From assembly GCA_951406725.2 (NCBI GenBank), contig OX597816.1, positions 65,286,001 through 65,350,000 on the forward strand: a DNA stretch of 64,000 nucleotides, given 5' to 3'. Both the position numbers and the translations under genes were made by a program. This stretch comes from Octopus vulgaris. Lineage: Eukaryota. Below the pieces are notes generated by a model. It worked only from the letters and a program-made list of their open reading frames with translations. It was not told the DNA's origin and made no database searches. Shown here piece after piece: positions 1 to 12,548 of this stretch. Every line of letters begins with the position of its first letter. Position 1 is the first letter of the stretch.

Positions 1-119
1 ATCCTACGCAAAACACTTTCCATACAATAACCATCAGAGCATCACAACAAATCACAGCACATACCCAAGGCACACACTTCGGTAGTGAAGTGAAAGCACG
101 CTATAAAAAAATAAAACTA

Positions 120-122
<3 letters not shown>
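1..122 (+). mobile_element. 3' end of an R4/Dong-like non-LTR retrotransposon (ORF C-terminus plus short 3'UTR)
   Basis: 1-30 translates ILRKTLSIQ*, resembling the GTAHILR(K/R)xL C-terminus of R4/Dong elements; ~90-bp UTR runs directly into (TAA)n, the known Dong target type. Confidence 0.6.

Positions 123-188
<66 letters not shown>
123..188 (+). repeat. (TAA)n microsatellite
   Basis: Perfect AAT run. Confidence 0.95.
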
Positions 189-189
<1 letters not shown>

Positions 190-1056
190 GTTTCAAATTT
201 TGGCACAGGTCCAGCAATTTTGTGTTAATTACATCGACCTCAATGCTTGGCTGGTACTTTTTTATCGACACCGAAAGGATGAAAAGCAATGATAATTTAG
301 GTGGGAAATGAACAAGAATGTAGAGTCGAAAGAAAAGCTGCTAAGCATTTTGTTCTACCAATTAGCAATTCTTCCAACGTCATATACATAGTATACGATG
401 TTATGAATTATATCGTTGCTTAGCGCCAGTTTAGCTCCGATTAATGGTAATCTAACGCATTTATTATTTCAGACATTGTATATCTAGGAACCGATTCCTT
501 GATGTATTCTTCCTCTCTTAAATCAATAGGTACGGTTGATGTGATCAGTGGATAGATATTTTAGCAGCTATTTCTTGTAGGTGAGGAGACCTGCTCAATA
601 AAGTTTGTGTATCTGTGCAGACTGCAAATGTCAGTCGTTAGAGCGCAGGATGCAATATCCTGTGTAGTGGGGGACGGATTGCTATTCTTTACATTCGGAA
701 CGCATGAATAAATAAAGCACAAGTGAAATGTAGAAGGATTCTTCTCTTATTTGCGGACAACTCTTTGTAAATCAGCTTGAAAAATAGGAGGAACGCATTT
801 GATAACTTAGGATAGCATAGTCGTACATATCCCCAAAATTTACGGAACTTCAAAGAGAATTTGCCTCCTTGAAATTCTGCTGATGAAAGCATCACGTGAC
901 CACAGGTTACTATGTTCGTCTTATTATCAGAAACACTCTGTACCCAGAGATAAAATGTACGCATGTGTGTGTAAGTTTTATGCACATGGGGTAGTAGTGA
1001 GGATTGTTTAGGTATGTGCGTTACATTTTCCAGTGTGAATCAAGTTTTATTAATGT

Positions 1057-1433
1057 TGGTTTCAAATTTTGGCACAAGGCCAGCAATTTCAGGGAAGGAG
1101 GTAGGTCAGTCGATTACATCGACACCAGCACTCTGCTGGTATTTATTTTATAGACCTCGAAAGAATGAAAGGCAAAGCAACCTCGATAGAGAAGTATTAT
1201 TTATATTTAAAAAAAAAAATTAAGGCGGCGAGTGGCAGAATTGTTAGCGTATCGGACAAAAGACTTAAAAGAATTTCTACTGGTCCTTTACGTTCAAATT
1301 GCGCCGAGGTTGACTTGACCTCTTATCCTTTTGGGGAGCGGGTGATAGAATAAGTATCAGTTGAGCACTGGGGCCGAAGTAACGATTTGTTCCACTCCAC
1401 TTAAAATTGCTGGCCTTGTGCCAAAATTTAAAA
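1057..1433. mobile_element. Divergent pair of degenerate Meta-domain-like SINE copies (- strand 1057-1190, + strand 1222-1433)
   Basis: aaggcggcgagtggcagaattgttagc head, gccgaggttgac/ttatccttttgggg body, ggccttgtgccaaaattt tail; reverse complement of tail and body at 1057-1190; another degraded - copy at ~189-370. Confidence 0.7.
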
Positions 1434-1435
1434 CA

Positions 1436-1469
<34 letters not shown>

Positions 1470-1955
1470 GTACGCTTATCAATTCCCTTTGCAAGATTCC
1501 TTTTGTGAAATAGTGTGTTGAAACAGATAGTGTTGTATTTCGGGACGGTCATTTTTGTTTTTGCCAAATAAACACACGCACTATATATTTTTTCTTCACT
1601 CGTTCATTACTGTTCATATATTTCATTATTTAAACTCCTATCTATATTCCGGAAGTCTTTCGTTACACATCTGTGATTTCTTCAGCGAGACTTTTCGCTT
1701 TCGCGCGTGTTCTTGCTCCACTAATTCCATTCTCTTCCATCACAAGGCACAGAATGGAGTAAGTGGACCAAGAACACACACGAAAGCGAAAAGTCTTGCT
1801 GAAAAAGTCACAGATGTGTGAAAAAAGACTTCCGGACAATGGATAGGAGTTAAAATAATGAAATCTATGAACAGTAATGAACGAGTGAAGAAAAAAATAT
1901 ATAGTGCGTGTGTTTATTTGGCCCCAAAAATAACCGTCCCAAAATACAGCAATAT
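1470..1955 (-). mobile_element. PLE pseudo-LTR-derived foldback element (~200-bp inverted arms plus unpaired tail)
   Basis: Arms ~1531-1731 and ~1751-1951 are reverse complements; tail TGCAAGATT..GTGTGTTGAAACAGAT shared with 9047 and 28745 elements; flanked by (TA)n. Confidence 0.75.
1648..1695 (-). ncRNA. Minimal hammerhead ribozyme-like motif
   Basis: Minus strand TCG CTGAAGA AATCACAGATGTGTAAC GAAA GACTTC CGGA; other arm (1795-1836, +) has GTCAC-AGATGT-GTGA(A) stem II. Confidence 0.5.
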
Positions 1956-2106
1956 ATATATATGGTCAGACGCAGGCTCGCATCTAAACATGTTTTCGGA
2001 TTTAGTCCCATTACGCAGCACCTTGGGCAAATGTCTTCTATTATAGCCCCGAACCGAGAAGTGTCTTGTGAGTGAATTTCGAAGGCGGAAACTCTGTGGG
2101 AGCCAG

Positions 2107-2185
<79 letters not shown>

Positions 2186-2616
2186 TGTATGTGTGTGTGT
2201 GTGTGCGTGTGTGTGTGTGTGTTTAATGACAACTGCTTCACACGGAAAGTGATTTCCAGCAGGACTACAGAATAGTTAACTGTTACGCTTATTAAAACAG
2301 CTCATTTCCTTATGTTAATGTCAAATTAAATGTGTCATACTGATTCCGGAGTTTTGAGTGCTTTTGCAAAGATTTCTGAAATAACGAAATAACCCGCATT
2401 TTTCTTTTATTTCTTTTGATGTCACCTCCTTGTACTTGTGCTACGGTGCATATAACGAACAACACGAACTCAAGATTTCTTTGCAGTCTAATGACGAATT
2501 CATTAAATAACCACTGACTTCAATGAGCAAATGACTTCCAAAAACAACTGCAATCAAGCAACGCAAAAGAGGACATGAGCTTGTCATCATTAACGTTACA
2601 GTAAACAGTGGTGGGT

Positions 2617-2863
2617 GGAGGCGCAATGGCCCAGTGGTTAGGGCAGCGGACTCGCGGTCGGAGGATCGCGGTTTTGATTCACAGACCGGGCGTTGTGTGT
2701 GTTTATTGAGCGAGAAAACATGAAGCTCTACGAGGCTCCGGCAGGGGCTGGTGGTGACCCCTGGCGTCCGGTCTAGCTGGGAGGAACACATACGCCATAG
2801 AAACCGGGAAACCGGGCCCATGAGCCTGGCTAGGCTTAAAAAGGGAGCATAAATAAATAAAAA
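2617..2863 (+). mobile_element. tRNA(Arg)-like-headed SINE with V-domain-like body
   Basis: ggaggcgcaatggcccagtggttagggcagcggactcgcgg...ttgattcacagacc (A/B boxes); body cgccatagaaaccgggaaaccgggcccatgagcc; A-rich tail. Confidence 0.75.
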
Positions 2864-3095
2864 AAGCAGTAGTGGAGTAGAACAATCATTAGAGTGTCCA
2901 AAAAATGCCTTGAATTGTTTCTTCCAACTATATACTCTCTAAGTTCAAATCCGTCGAGGTCAGCTTTGCTCTTCCTCTTTTCACGGTCGATAAAATAACA
3001 GTGAAGTCCTGAGTTTGAGGTAAACTACAAATACTATTCTTTTAAGACTTTCGACTGGTACCTGCATTAGAAACATTATTAAACTTATTGCATCG

Positions 3096-4330
3096 AAGGC
3101 GGCGAACTGGCAGAATCCTTAGCACGCCGGGAGAAATGCTTAGCGGTATTTCGTCTGCCGCTACGTTCTGAGTTCAAATTCCGCCGAGGTCGACTTTGCT
3201 TTTCATCCTTTCGGAGTCGATAAATTAAGTACCAACTACGCACTGGGGTCGATGTATTCAACATAATCCCTTTGTCTGTCCTTGTTTGTCCCATCTATGT
3301 TTAGCCCCTTGTGGGCAATAAAGAAATAAGAATAAGCACCTGCCATTTAAAAAGGGTGGGATAAGTACTGGAGTCGATTTGTTTGACTAAGCCCTTCAAG
3401 GCGATACCAAAACATGGCCAAAGTTCAGTTTCAGTAACGAGAAAAAGGAATCAAAGAAAAAGAAAAGGTGATAACACCTTTTAGATCAGAAGATCGAATG
3501 TTTGGACAATATCTGTCTGTCTCTCTACATAAACACCCCCACACACACACACACGCGGGCGCGCGCGCGCACACGTGGGTAGTAAACACATAGGTATTTC
3601 GTCTGCTGTTATGTTCTGAGTTCAAATTCCACCGAGGTCGACTTTGCCTTTCATCCTTTCGGGGTCGATAACTTAAGTACCAGTTATGCACTGGGGTCTA
3701 TATAATCGACTTAATCCGTTTGTTTGTCCTTGTTTGTCCTACCTTGTGGGTAGTAAAGAAATAGGTATTTCGTTCTGACTTCAAATTCCGCCGAGGTCGA
3801 CTTTGCCATTTATCTTTTCGGGGTCGATAAATTAAGTACCAGTTGCGTACTAGTGTCGATCGAATCGACTGGTCCCCTCCCTAAAAATTTCGGGCCGTGT
3901 GCCTAGAATAGAAAAGAATCGTTAGCACGCCGGACAAAATGCTTAGCGGTATTTCATCCGTCTTGTTCAAATGCTCTGAGTTCAAATGCTACCGGCGTCG
4001 ACTTTGCTTTTCACACTTTCGGGATCGATACATTAAGTACCAATCAAACACGGTATCGATATAATTGACTAGCCACTTCCCCCAAAAATTTCAGGCCTTG
4101 TGCCGATAGAAGAAAAGATTTTCTTTACTGTATCTAGTGGTGGATAGAAACAAATAGATAAAGCATCGATAATATACCTTGTATTTCTATGTTCAAATTC
4201 CACCAGGGTCAACTTTATATTTAATCCGTCTGGGTTCAATAAGTAGAACTGTAGTCACGTATTGGAATTGATTCAATCGACTAACCTTCCGCCCCCACCA
4301 ATTTATGGCCTTGTACCGAAGTTAGACAAA
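3096..4330 (+). mobile_element. Cluster/tandem array of Meta-domain-like tRNA SINEs (5-6 full or partial units)
   Basis: Repeated gagttcaaattccgccgaggtcgactttgcctttcatcctttcggggtcgataaattaagtaccag units at ~3170, 3618, 3780, 3978, 4190. Confidence 0.85.
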
Positions 4331-4829
4331 ACCATTTTCATTACAATACATGTAACCTTTGCTATTTATGTGGATGAGGTTATGCTTCTTGAAGTTATTT
4401 TCGTTGCTGAAGCTATTCTTGTTGTCGAGGTTATTGTTGCTACTCTTCTGCTCGTCGATATTATAGTCTTTGTTGTTGGTGTTGTGAAACTCCATAATTT
4501 CCCACTAGATTAGAAGTATTAGATTATAAAGGTAAAACCATGGATCAACAACCTCCGCTTGATCATCTCTCACATTCTTCCCTCAACGGTCGACGAACCT
4601 TAGAAAAATTAATCAATAATAGAATGAATATGAAACTGAATAATGATTAAGTTTACATCGATATATCATACGATGATATTGGTATTAAAATTATATTTCT
4701 TAGTCTCTTAGCATTTGCACCGAATGGTTTCCAATAACCGCAAGCTATGCAAGTAATCTGAATCAATTCTCAAGATAATTGCAATGCAATGCGCTATAAC
4801 ATGTCTTATTTCAAATTAGTTATCTGACA

Positions 4830-5337
4830 ATATACGTATGTGCATGTATGTATGTATGTATGTATGTATGTATGTATGTATGTATGTATGCATGTATGTA
4901 TGTATGTATTTACATGTGTGTATAAATGTATGTGTGTATATACGTGTGTGTATATATGTATGTATATATGTATGTATATACATGTGTGTATAAAAGTATG
5001 TGTGTATATACGTGTGTGTATATACGTGTGTGTATATATGTATCTATGTATGTATGTATATAAATGTGTGTATAAATGTATGTGTGTATATACGTATGTG
5101 TATATATGTATGTATGCATGTATGTATATACATGTGTGTATAAGGTATGTGTGTATATACGTGTGTGTATATATGTATGTATGTATATGCATGTGTGTAT
5201 ATATGTATGTATGTATATACATGTGTATATAAATGTATGTGAGTATATACGTGTGTGTATATATGTATGTATGTATGTATATACATGTATGTATAAATGT
5301 ATGTGTGTATATACGTGTGTGTATATACGTGTGTGTG

Positions 5338-5368
<31 letters not shown>

Positions 5369-5600
5369 ATACATGTGTGTATAAATGTCTGTGTGTATAT
5401 ACGTATGTGTATATATGTATGTATGCATATACCTGTGTGTAAATGTATGTGTATATACGTGTGCATGTATGCATATATGTATACACACATTCAAACTCAC
5501 ACGTATATATGCGTGTATATGTGTTTGTGTGTATGCGTGCGTATGTACACACACAAACCCTCACACATATATATGCGTGCATATATGTTTGTGTGCATGC
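4830..5600. repeat. Compound TA/TG/TATG minisatellite with higher-order unit
   Basis: Recurrent tacatgtgtgtataaatgtatgtgtgtatatacgtgtgtgtatatatgtatg blocks. Confidence 0.85.
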
Positions 5601-5858
5601 GTGCGGAAGTCTATAGGAACACGTATATGTGCGTGCAGGTATTCTGTAAACGTTTATGTAGGCGTTAAATAATTGCTGTGAATAATACCCTTGACGGAGT
5701 AAACCAATGAAATTTATGCAATTAAAATGACACGCTTCGTATTAGCAGAATTATTTCCTAAATACCAAATTCTCGTGTTAAAAAAAGGCAGGAAGACAAA
5801 TTAGAAATGTGAAGTAAATGGAAAAAAATACATATGAAATGAAGTATCCCTCACATTT

Positions 5859-5981
5859 TTAGTAGTAGTAGTAGTAGTAGTAGTAGTGATGGTGGTGGTG
5901 GTGGTAGTTGCTGTAGTAGTAGCAGCAGTAATAGTAGTAGCAGTAGTAGTAGTAGTAGTGGTGGTGGTGGTGGTGGTGGTG

Positions 5982-6016
<35 letters not shown>

Positions 6017-6029
6017 TGTAGTAGTAGCT

Positions 6030-6067
<38 letters not shown>

Positions 6068-6096
6068 TGTAGTAGTAGTAGTTGTAGTAGTAGTAG
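5859..6096. repeat. (TAG)n/(TGG)n trinucleotide microsatellite
   Basis: Direct reading. Confidence 0.95.
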
Positions 6097-6149
6097 TGTG
6101 ACAATGTCTTGGTCTCTTTCGAACTCATCAAGGATACTTGATCTAATTA

Positions 6150-7495
6150 CGAGGGGCGTTCAATAAGTAATGCCTCTGACGCACTTCCCATAGCAGTAGA
6201 GCAACGAAACTTGGCACAGTTATTAGTCTTTTTCTACATAGGAACCACTCAGAGTTACACATTTCTCCCATAGTTTGATGCAACTCTGGAGACCGTTTTT
6301 GTAGAAAACCCCAGCTTGGTCCTCCGACCACGACGTGACTTCAGAAATCAAGGCTGCATCATCTGGGAAACGCTTTCCTTTCAAAAACAACTTCATGGCT
6401 GGGAAGAGGTGAAAATCAGAGGGTGCAAGGTCAGGAGAGTAGGGGGATGGGGGAGGAGTTCATAGCCGCACGCCTGTGCTTCTGATCTGGCGACACGCGA
6501 GTTGTAGACCAGAGCGTGTCCTGCAGGAGGAAGATGCCTTTGCTGATCTTGCCCCGCCTCTTGATTTTGATAGCTTCTCTTAATTTCCTCAAAAGTGAAG
6601 CATAATAGGCTCCTGTAATTGTGGTACCCTTTGCCAGGAAATCTGTCATCACAACTCCGTCCTGGTCCCAGAAGACTGTGAGCATGACCTTGCCAGCGGA
6701 GGGCTGCACCCTTGCCTTCTTTGGAGGAGGTGAGTCACGGTGCTTCCACTGCATTGACTGGGCTTTGGTCTCTGGATCATAGTGATGAACCCAGGTTTCA
6801 TCCGGTGTAATCAGTCTTTTGAAAAATTTTGACTCATCTTCTTGGCACATCTCCAAATTCATCCTCGAGCACTCGACGCGTTCTTACTTCTGGAAAGGTG
6901 TGAGCAAACTGGGAATCCATATGGCAGACACCTTTTGCATATGCAAATGGTCATGAATGATAGTTTCCACAGACCCGGTACTAATCTTGACCTCATGGGC
7001 TATTTGGCGAATAGTTATGCGTCGATCTTCCAAAATGGCAGCCTCAACTTGACGGACAGATGCCTCATCAATGGTAACTTCTGGAAAGGTGTGAGCAAAC
7101 TGGGAATCCATATGGCAGACACCTTTTGCATATGCAAATGGTCATGAATGATAGTTTCCACAGACCCGGTACTAATCTTGACCTCATGGGCTATTTGGCG
7201 AATAGTTATGCGTCGATCTTCCAAAATGGCAGCCTCAACTTGACGGACAGATGCCTCATCAATGGTAGAAGGGGGGCGACCAGATCTGGGAGCTGTTTCC
7301 ACAGAGTTCCAACCATGTTTGAATTCACGATGCCAGCGTTTTACAAGGTCGTATGATGGGGCATCATCACCATAAGTTACTTTCATTTCATCAAAAGTCT
7401 CCCGTGGTGTGCGTCCTTTCAAATACAAAAACGGGATCACTGCTCGACACTCAACAGGCTCCATTTCACACTTGACTCAGTTCAAACACTCGTAA
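6150..7495 (-). mobile_element. Mariner DNA transposon, one TIR retained, other end truncated
   Basis: TA|cgaggggcgttcaataagtaatgcc terminus at 6148-6174; no matching TIR beyond 7464. Confidence 0.9.
6223..7464 (-). pseudogene. Mariner (DD34D-type) transposase pseudogene
   Basis: HTH N-terminus, WIP (WVPHEL-like), ITPDETWVHHYDPETKAQSMQW, GKVMLTVFWD, SPDLAPSDFHLF, EKCV..GSYVEKD*; broken by a 191-bp tandem duplication and a frameshift after LLQD. Confidence 0.92.
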
Positions 7496-7565
7496 ATTTC
7501 ATGACACACAACACGGACCAAATTTCTTCTTAAGAAAAAATATATATTCAAATAAATGAAACATA

Positions 7566-7600
7566 ATATCATGAATAGCGATAGCGAAACCGGTCGATAT
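7566..7600 (+). ncRNA. Degenerate minimal (PLE-type) hammerhead motif
   Basis: ATATC-ATGAATA-GC GATA GC-GAAA-CCGG-TC-GATAT: stem I, stem II, palindromic loop III and UH present; core CUGANGA has two substitutions. Confidence 0.5.
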
Positions 7601-7915
7601 ATTAAAAATTATATTAAAACTATGTAAGTGTGCGTATTTTCCTTTTTTAATTTCTTATATACATTACAACTCACCATGTGGGGATAATCGAACTTCCTCT
7701 TTTCTGTTACTACTATATATATATATATATACATATCATCTGGGTTAATAACCTTATAGCTTGTTTTCCAAAGCTAATCTGCGGTTATCAATTACCAGAT
7801 GTTGTCATACAATAGGATTTCTATTACAGGATATACATGTGGAAATCTGCAAGTATCAGTAGAGTAGATACAAAATAATTTCAATACCAGAAGATAGAAT
7901 GAACGGTCTTCATTG

Positions 7916-8039
7916 CTAATCATTACTTTTGTTTCGGCATTTATAGTTGGTAATTAGTGAATTTTACATATACTCTACACATTATTACATTAATATGATC
8001 CATCAATTGCTATATACGCGCACGTCTTCAAATGAGTAG
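7916..8039 (-). ncRNA. Type I hammerhead-like motif with long stem II, in a probable PLE pLTR remnant
   Basis: Minus: CTACTCAT-TTGAAGA-..GCGTATATAG..CTATAAATGCC-GAAA-CAAAAG-TA-ATGATTAG; stem I 7/8 pairs; segment abuts (TA)n at 7713-7733. Confidence 0.45.
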
Positions 8040-8592
8040 TGTCCAAAACACTGCTAGATCATCTTTAATTTCTTTCTAATTTATACCCACACCATTATGT
8101 TATTTTTAGCATTCCGTTGAGAAAGAACAACGCAGAAATACAAAGAGATACAAATGAGAAAGATGCCAAAAATAAATTAATGGAAATAATATAAAAAATA
8201 TAAAGAAACCCCTTATTCACTCCATCCTTAGCCACTGACCTGTCTTGGCTTTCGGGAAAATAAAAGAACGTTCTAAGTTAATAATATCATAAAAAGATAA
8301 ACTTGAACAATTACCTGTCTCTTGTGTCTGTTACCGTTCCTTTTCAAAGGAAATCTCTGGCTTGTGATCACTTCCTTTGCACGACAGGAGACCAAAATCT
8401 CTCGGCTTATCGACTTAGATTTGACTACATAGCTTTACTATCGCGGCTTTGTCACGGTTGCTTTACAAGTCGTTAAGAGAGTCTTTTAAACCAAGAAGAT
8501 ATACTCGCACGCACCTTTAAACATACATATATATACACACACATACATACGTAGACATTTATTTAACACTATGGACATATAGATGCATACAC

Positions 8593-8659
<67 letters not shown>

Positions 8660-8661
<2 letters not shown>

Positions 8662-9015
8662 GGAGTGGCTGTGTGGTAAGTAGCTTGCTTATCAACCACA
8701 TGGTTCCGGGTTCAGTCCAACTGCGTGGAACCTTGGGCCGACCGAAGCCTTGTGAGTGGATTTGGTAGATGGAAACTGAAAGAAGCCGTCGTATATATGC
8801 ATATATATAGGTGTAAGTGTGTGTCTGTGTTTCTCCACCCAATATCGCTTGACAACCGATGCTGGTGTGTTTACGTCCCCGTAACTTAGCGGTTCGGCAA
8901 AAGAGACCGATAGAATAAGTACTAGGCTTACAAAGAATAAGTCCTAGGGTCGATTTGCTCGACTAAAGGTGGTGCTCCAGCGTGGCCGCAGTCAAACAAG
9001 TAAAAAAGTAAAAGA
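8660..9015 (+). mobile_element. tRNA-derived CORE-like SINE with internal microsatellite and CR1-like tail
   Basis: gtggctgtgtggtaagtagcttgc...ggttccgggttcagtcc head; ggaaactgaaagaagcc; tail ggtggtgctccagcgtggccgcagtcaa..gtaaaagag. Confidence 0.85.
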
Positions 9016-9046
<31 letters not shown>

Positions 9047-9747
9047 CGTTTAAATATTTGTTGTGCAAGATTTTTTATGTGAAGTCGTGTGTTGAAACAG
9101 ATATTGTTATATTTCGGAATGGTCATATTGCCAGTTTAGCCAATAAAAACACACGCACTATATATTTGGTGTTATTTTGCTTCAGCGATATTTATTTTTT
9201 ACATTAATCTTAATCTTATTTCAGCCAAAGTTCTTTCGTCACACTCCTGTGACCGCATCAATGGTCCTTTGTTTTCTTCTCACTTACTTGTGTCTCTCCT
9301 TACTAACCGTCAGCCATTTTGTATTTCTATTGTATGTCTTCATTTGCGCATGCTTATATCTCTATGTGCGTCTATGTTTATTTAGTGTGTGTGGGGGGGG
9401 ATGCCTGTAATATATGTATCTTCTGGTTATATACATTCTTGTAATTTGTATTTTGTTTTTGTTGTTGTTGCTTTTGTTCTAATTTTGTTCATGTGTTTAC
9501 ATCCACCCATTATTATCATTACATATGCTTGTATGTATGTATAACAACAATATTAGTAATAATAATAATAAATCTAATCGAAAAAAAAAAAAAAAAAAGA
9601 ATATACATATACATATATATATATACATACATATACATATACATATACATATATATACATATATACACACATATATACACATATAGATATTCATTTCTAT
9701 TTCTTTAATTACCTGTGTATTTATTATGTTTGCAGGATCCACTATTG

Positions 9748-9956
9748 TCATATGTTGTGGTGTGCGCTATTGCTCCATTCTAGTTTTCTATTCAGGCTAG
9801 GTTTATTTTCTATTATATGTGTAGCTTCTGTAATTTGTATAATTGTTGCATCTGTTCTATGTGTGGACAATATCTTAATCTCTATGTTATTGATTGATCC
9901 CCCGTGTTCTTGTTCGGCGTGTTGGTACAGAATCGATGAGCTTTTACCTTCCTTAG
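9748..9956 (-). pseudogene. C-terminal fragment of a PLE GIY-YIG endonuclease
   Basis: SSILYQHAEQEHGG..IKILS..QITEATHIIENKPSLNRKLEW matches the H..H..IL..EA..I...P.LN pattern ending GIY-YIG domains. Confidence 0.75.
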
Positions 9957-10522
9957 ACAAATTACAGAAGCTACACATATAATAGAAAATAAACCTAGCC
10001 TGAATAGAAAACTAGAATGGAGCAATAGCGCACACCACAACATATGACAATAGTGGATCCTGCAAACATAATAAATACACAGGTAATTAAAGAAATAGAA
10101 ATGAATATCTATATGTGTATATATGTGTGTATATATGTATATATATGTATATGTATATGTATATGTATGTATATATATATATGTATATGTATATTCTTTT
10201 TTTTTTTCGATTAGATTTATTATTATTATTACTAGTATTGTTGTTATACATACATACAAGCATATGTAATGATAATAATGGGTGGATGTAAACACATGAA
10301 CAAAATTAGAACAAAAGCAACAACAACAAAAACAAAATACAAATTACAAGAATGTATATAACCAGAAGATACAAATATTACAGGCATCCCCCCACACACA
10401 CACACTAAATAAACATAGACGCACATAGAGATATAAGCATGCGCAAATGAAGACATACAATAGAAATACAAAATGGCTGACGGTTAGTAAGGAGAGACAC
10501 AAGTAAGTGAGAAGAAAACAAA

Positions 10523-10567
10523 GGACCACTGATGCGGTCACAGGAGTGTGACGAAAGAACTTTGGCC
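10523..10567 (+). ncRNA. Variant minimal hammerhead-like motif (mirror copy at ~9222-9267, -)
   Basis: GGACCA-CTGATGC-G-GTCAC AGGAGT GTGAC-GAAA-GAAC-TT-TGGCC. Confidence 0.5.
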
Positions 10568-11119
10568 GAAATAAGATTAAGATTAATGTAAAAAATAAAT
10601 ATCACTGAAGCAAAATAACACCAAATATATAGTGCGTGTGTTTTTATTGGCTAAACTGGCAATATGACCATTCCGAAATATAACAATATATATATATATA
10701 TATATATACCTAAATATACACTCACATTTTTCACTCTCATAATGCGTATATTTCCATGCTACTCTACTTATAAACCTCCACATATGTTCCTATATGAACA
10801 CTTTTTTTCTATATTTATATCCATTCATTTAGAATTTTGAGTTTATACTAAAAAAAAGAAATATAATACCTACTTAGTTCAATATATCGTGGTATGTCCA
10901 TTCGCATAAAATAACGTTGCTATGCATGCAATATCCATTCTATAACCAAGTATACATATATTCTTTTCCTAACTTGAGCTTCTTTCTTTTTGATCTACCA
11001 CACAGATCACACGCATTCTTCTCTGTCCTCTCGCCTATCTCTTTTCTCTTGTCAAAGCATGTTCTTCCAGCGTTCGCCACCTCACCTCGTTATGGTTTAG
11101 CAGCCCTTACTGTTTGTTT

Positions 11120-11250
11120 TCACTGTCCTGTTTTTGTTACCAACTTTGACCCAAATTTTATTTTGCTTTGCAGCAACAGTTTTCTCGAAGACACATCTTG
11201 TCGTAATTGCTCGAAATGTGGAGGAGTAGTTAAAACAGCCGACAACTGAA
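11120..11250 (+). repeat. Unclassified dispersed repeat, homologous to 59195-59340
   Basis: Shared cactg.cctgtttttgtt.ccaactttgaccc...tcgaagac..ttgtcgt..tgctcgaaa..acagccgacaactga. Confidence 0.65.
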
Positions 11251-11501
11251 CAATGTAGTCAGCCAAAGAACAATTTTTTGTTGTAAGAATTCAGATGAAT
11301 ATGGTACTTAAGTTAAAGGCGCCTGTTGGCAAATGAAATAGGGATAAGAATGTGCATTGTCCGTTTAATTGGAAAATTCTATAAGTGGCTGAAGATTGCT
11401 CGACATTTTAGAACTGATGTAATACCTACAGTGTTTTATAAAATGAAGTAGCATGAAACAATTGTACTACTCTGCCTTAGATATACTTGTTGCATATTTT
11501 G

Positions 11502-11553
<52 letters not shown>

Positions 11554-12296
11554 TTACAACAAAAATTGTTCTCTCGCTGTCTACATTATCTCAAAGATCA
11601 AAGTTTCTCAACCATTTTTTACCCTATGGACTCGTTTGATTCCTGTTTCTCTCGATTGGTCCTACGTAGCCATTGGCTGTATATAAAATATATCTTAGTG
11701 TATTTTCATAATTAAATATCATAAGAAAATGTACAATAAAAATATTAAAATATTTTGTGATATTCTAGCGGTATAATTAATTCATTGCACATAAATTTAA
11801 CAACAAAATTTATTATGAAACCCAAAGAACTATATGTGTTCCCAAGAGCCATAAGGACCCCAGTTGAAAACCTCTGTCCTAGATTTAAGCTTAGCCATAC
11901 TTATGCCACTATATTACTCCCTCACGTCACTCCATTCTGTTAACAACCAAATACTTCTCTATTATTTTCTTTTAGCATTTAATAAAAAAAAATTATTTTC
12001 TGTTTCCTTTATGAATTTCCCTCTATATCAGCGTGGCTGTACGGTAAAAAAGCTTGCTTTCCAACCAAAGGATTCCGAGTTCTGTCCCACTGCGTGGAAG
12101 ATTCGGCAATTATCTCTTCTACTACAGTCTCGGGCCAATCACAGTCTAAATGCTTAACCAAATGAAATAAAGAATCGATTAGTTAGTTGGATATTTAACC
12201 AAATGGCTATAATTAAGAAGTGGAATTGAACCAGTGCGTGTGTTAATAATATTGGCATAACGACCCTCCCTAGACACAGCAAAATATTTTATAGCA

Positions 12297-12452
12297 CGTG
12301 TTAAGTAGCTTGCTTACGAACTACATGGTTCCGGGTTCAGTCACACTGCGTGGCACCTTGGGTATGTGTCTTCTACTATAGCCTCGGGCCGACCAAACCC
12401 TTGTGAGTGGATTTGGTAGGCGGAAACTGAAAGAAGCCCGTCGCAATATATG

Positions 12453-12548
<96 letters not shown>

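Larger units (their letters stand above)
9047..10689 (-). mobile_element. 5'-truncated Penelope-like element with inverted duplication (~735-bp arms)
   Basis: Arms 9101-9838 and 9957-10689 near-perfect reverse complements; unique spacer 9839-9956; unpaired tail 9047-9100; inserted in (TA)n. Confidence 0.85.

Noticed and set aside
1531-1951. MITE interpretation of the foldback elements (also 9101-10689, 28787-29022, 61159-61318)
   Set aside because: Asymmetric conserved tail outside the inverted repeat, hammerhead-like motifs and a GIY-YIG remnant fit PLE inversion structures better
4806-5672. Multiple overlapping 100-258 aa ORFs
   Set aside because: Translation of a TA/TG minisatellite
7489-7495. 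ctcgta as the second mariner TIR
   Set aside because: Only 6 bp match; the rest of the TIR is absent
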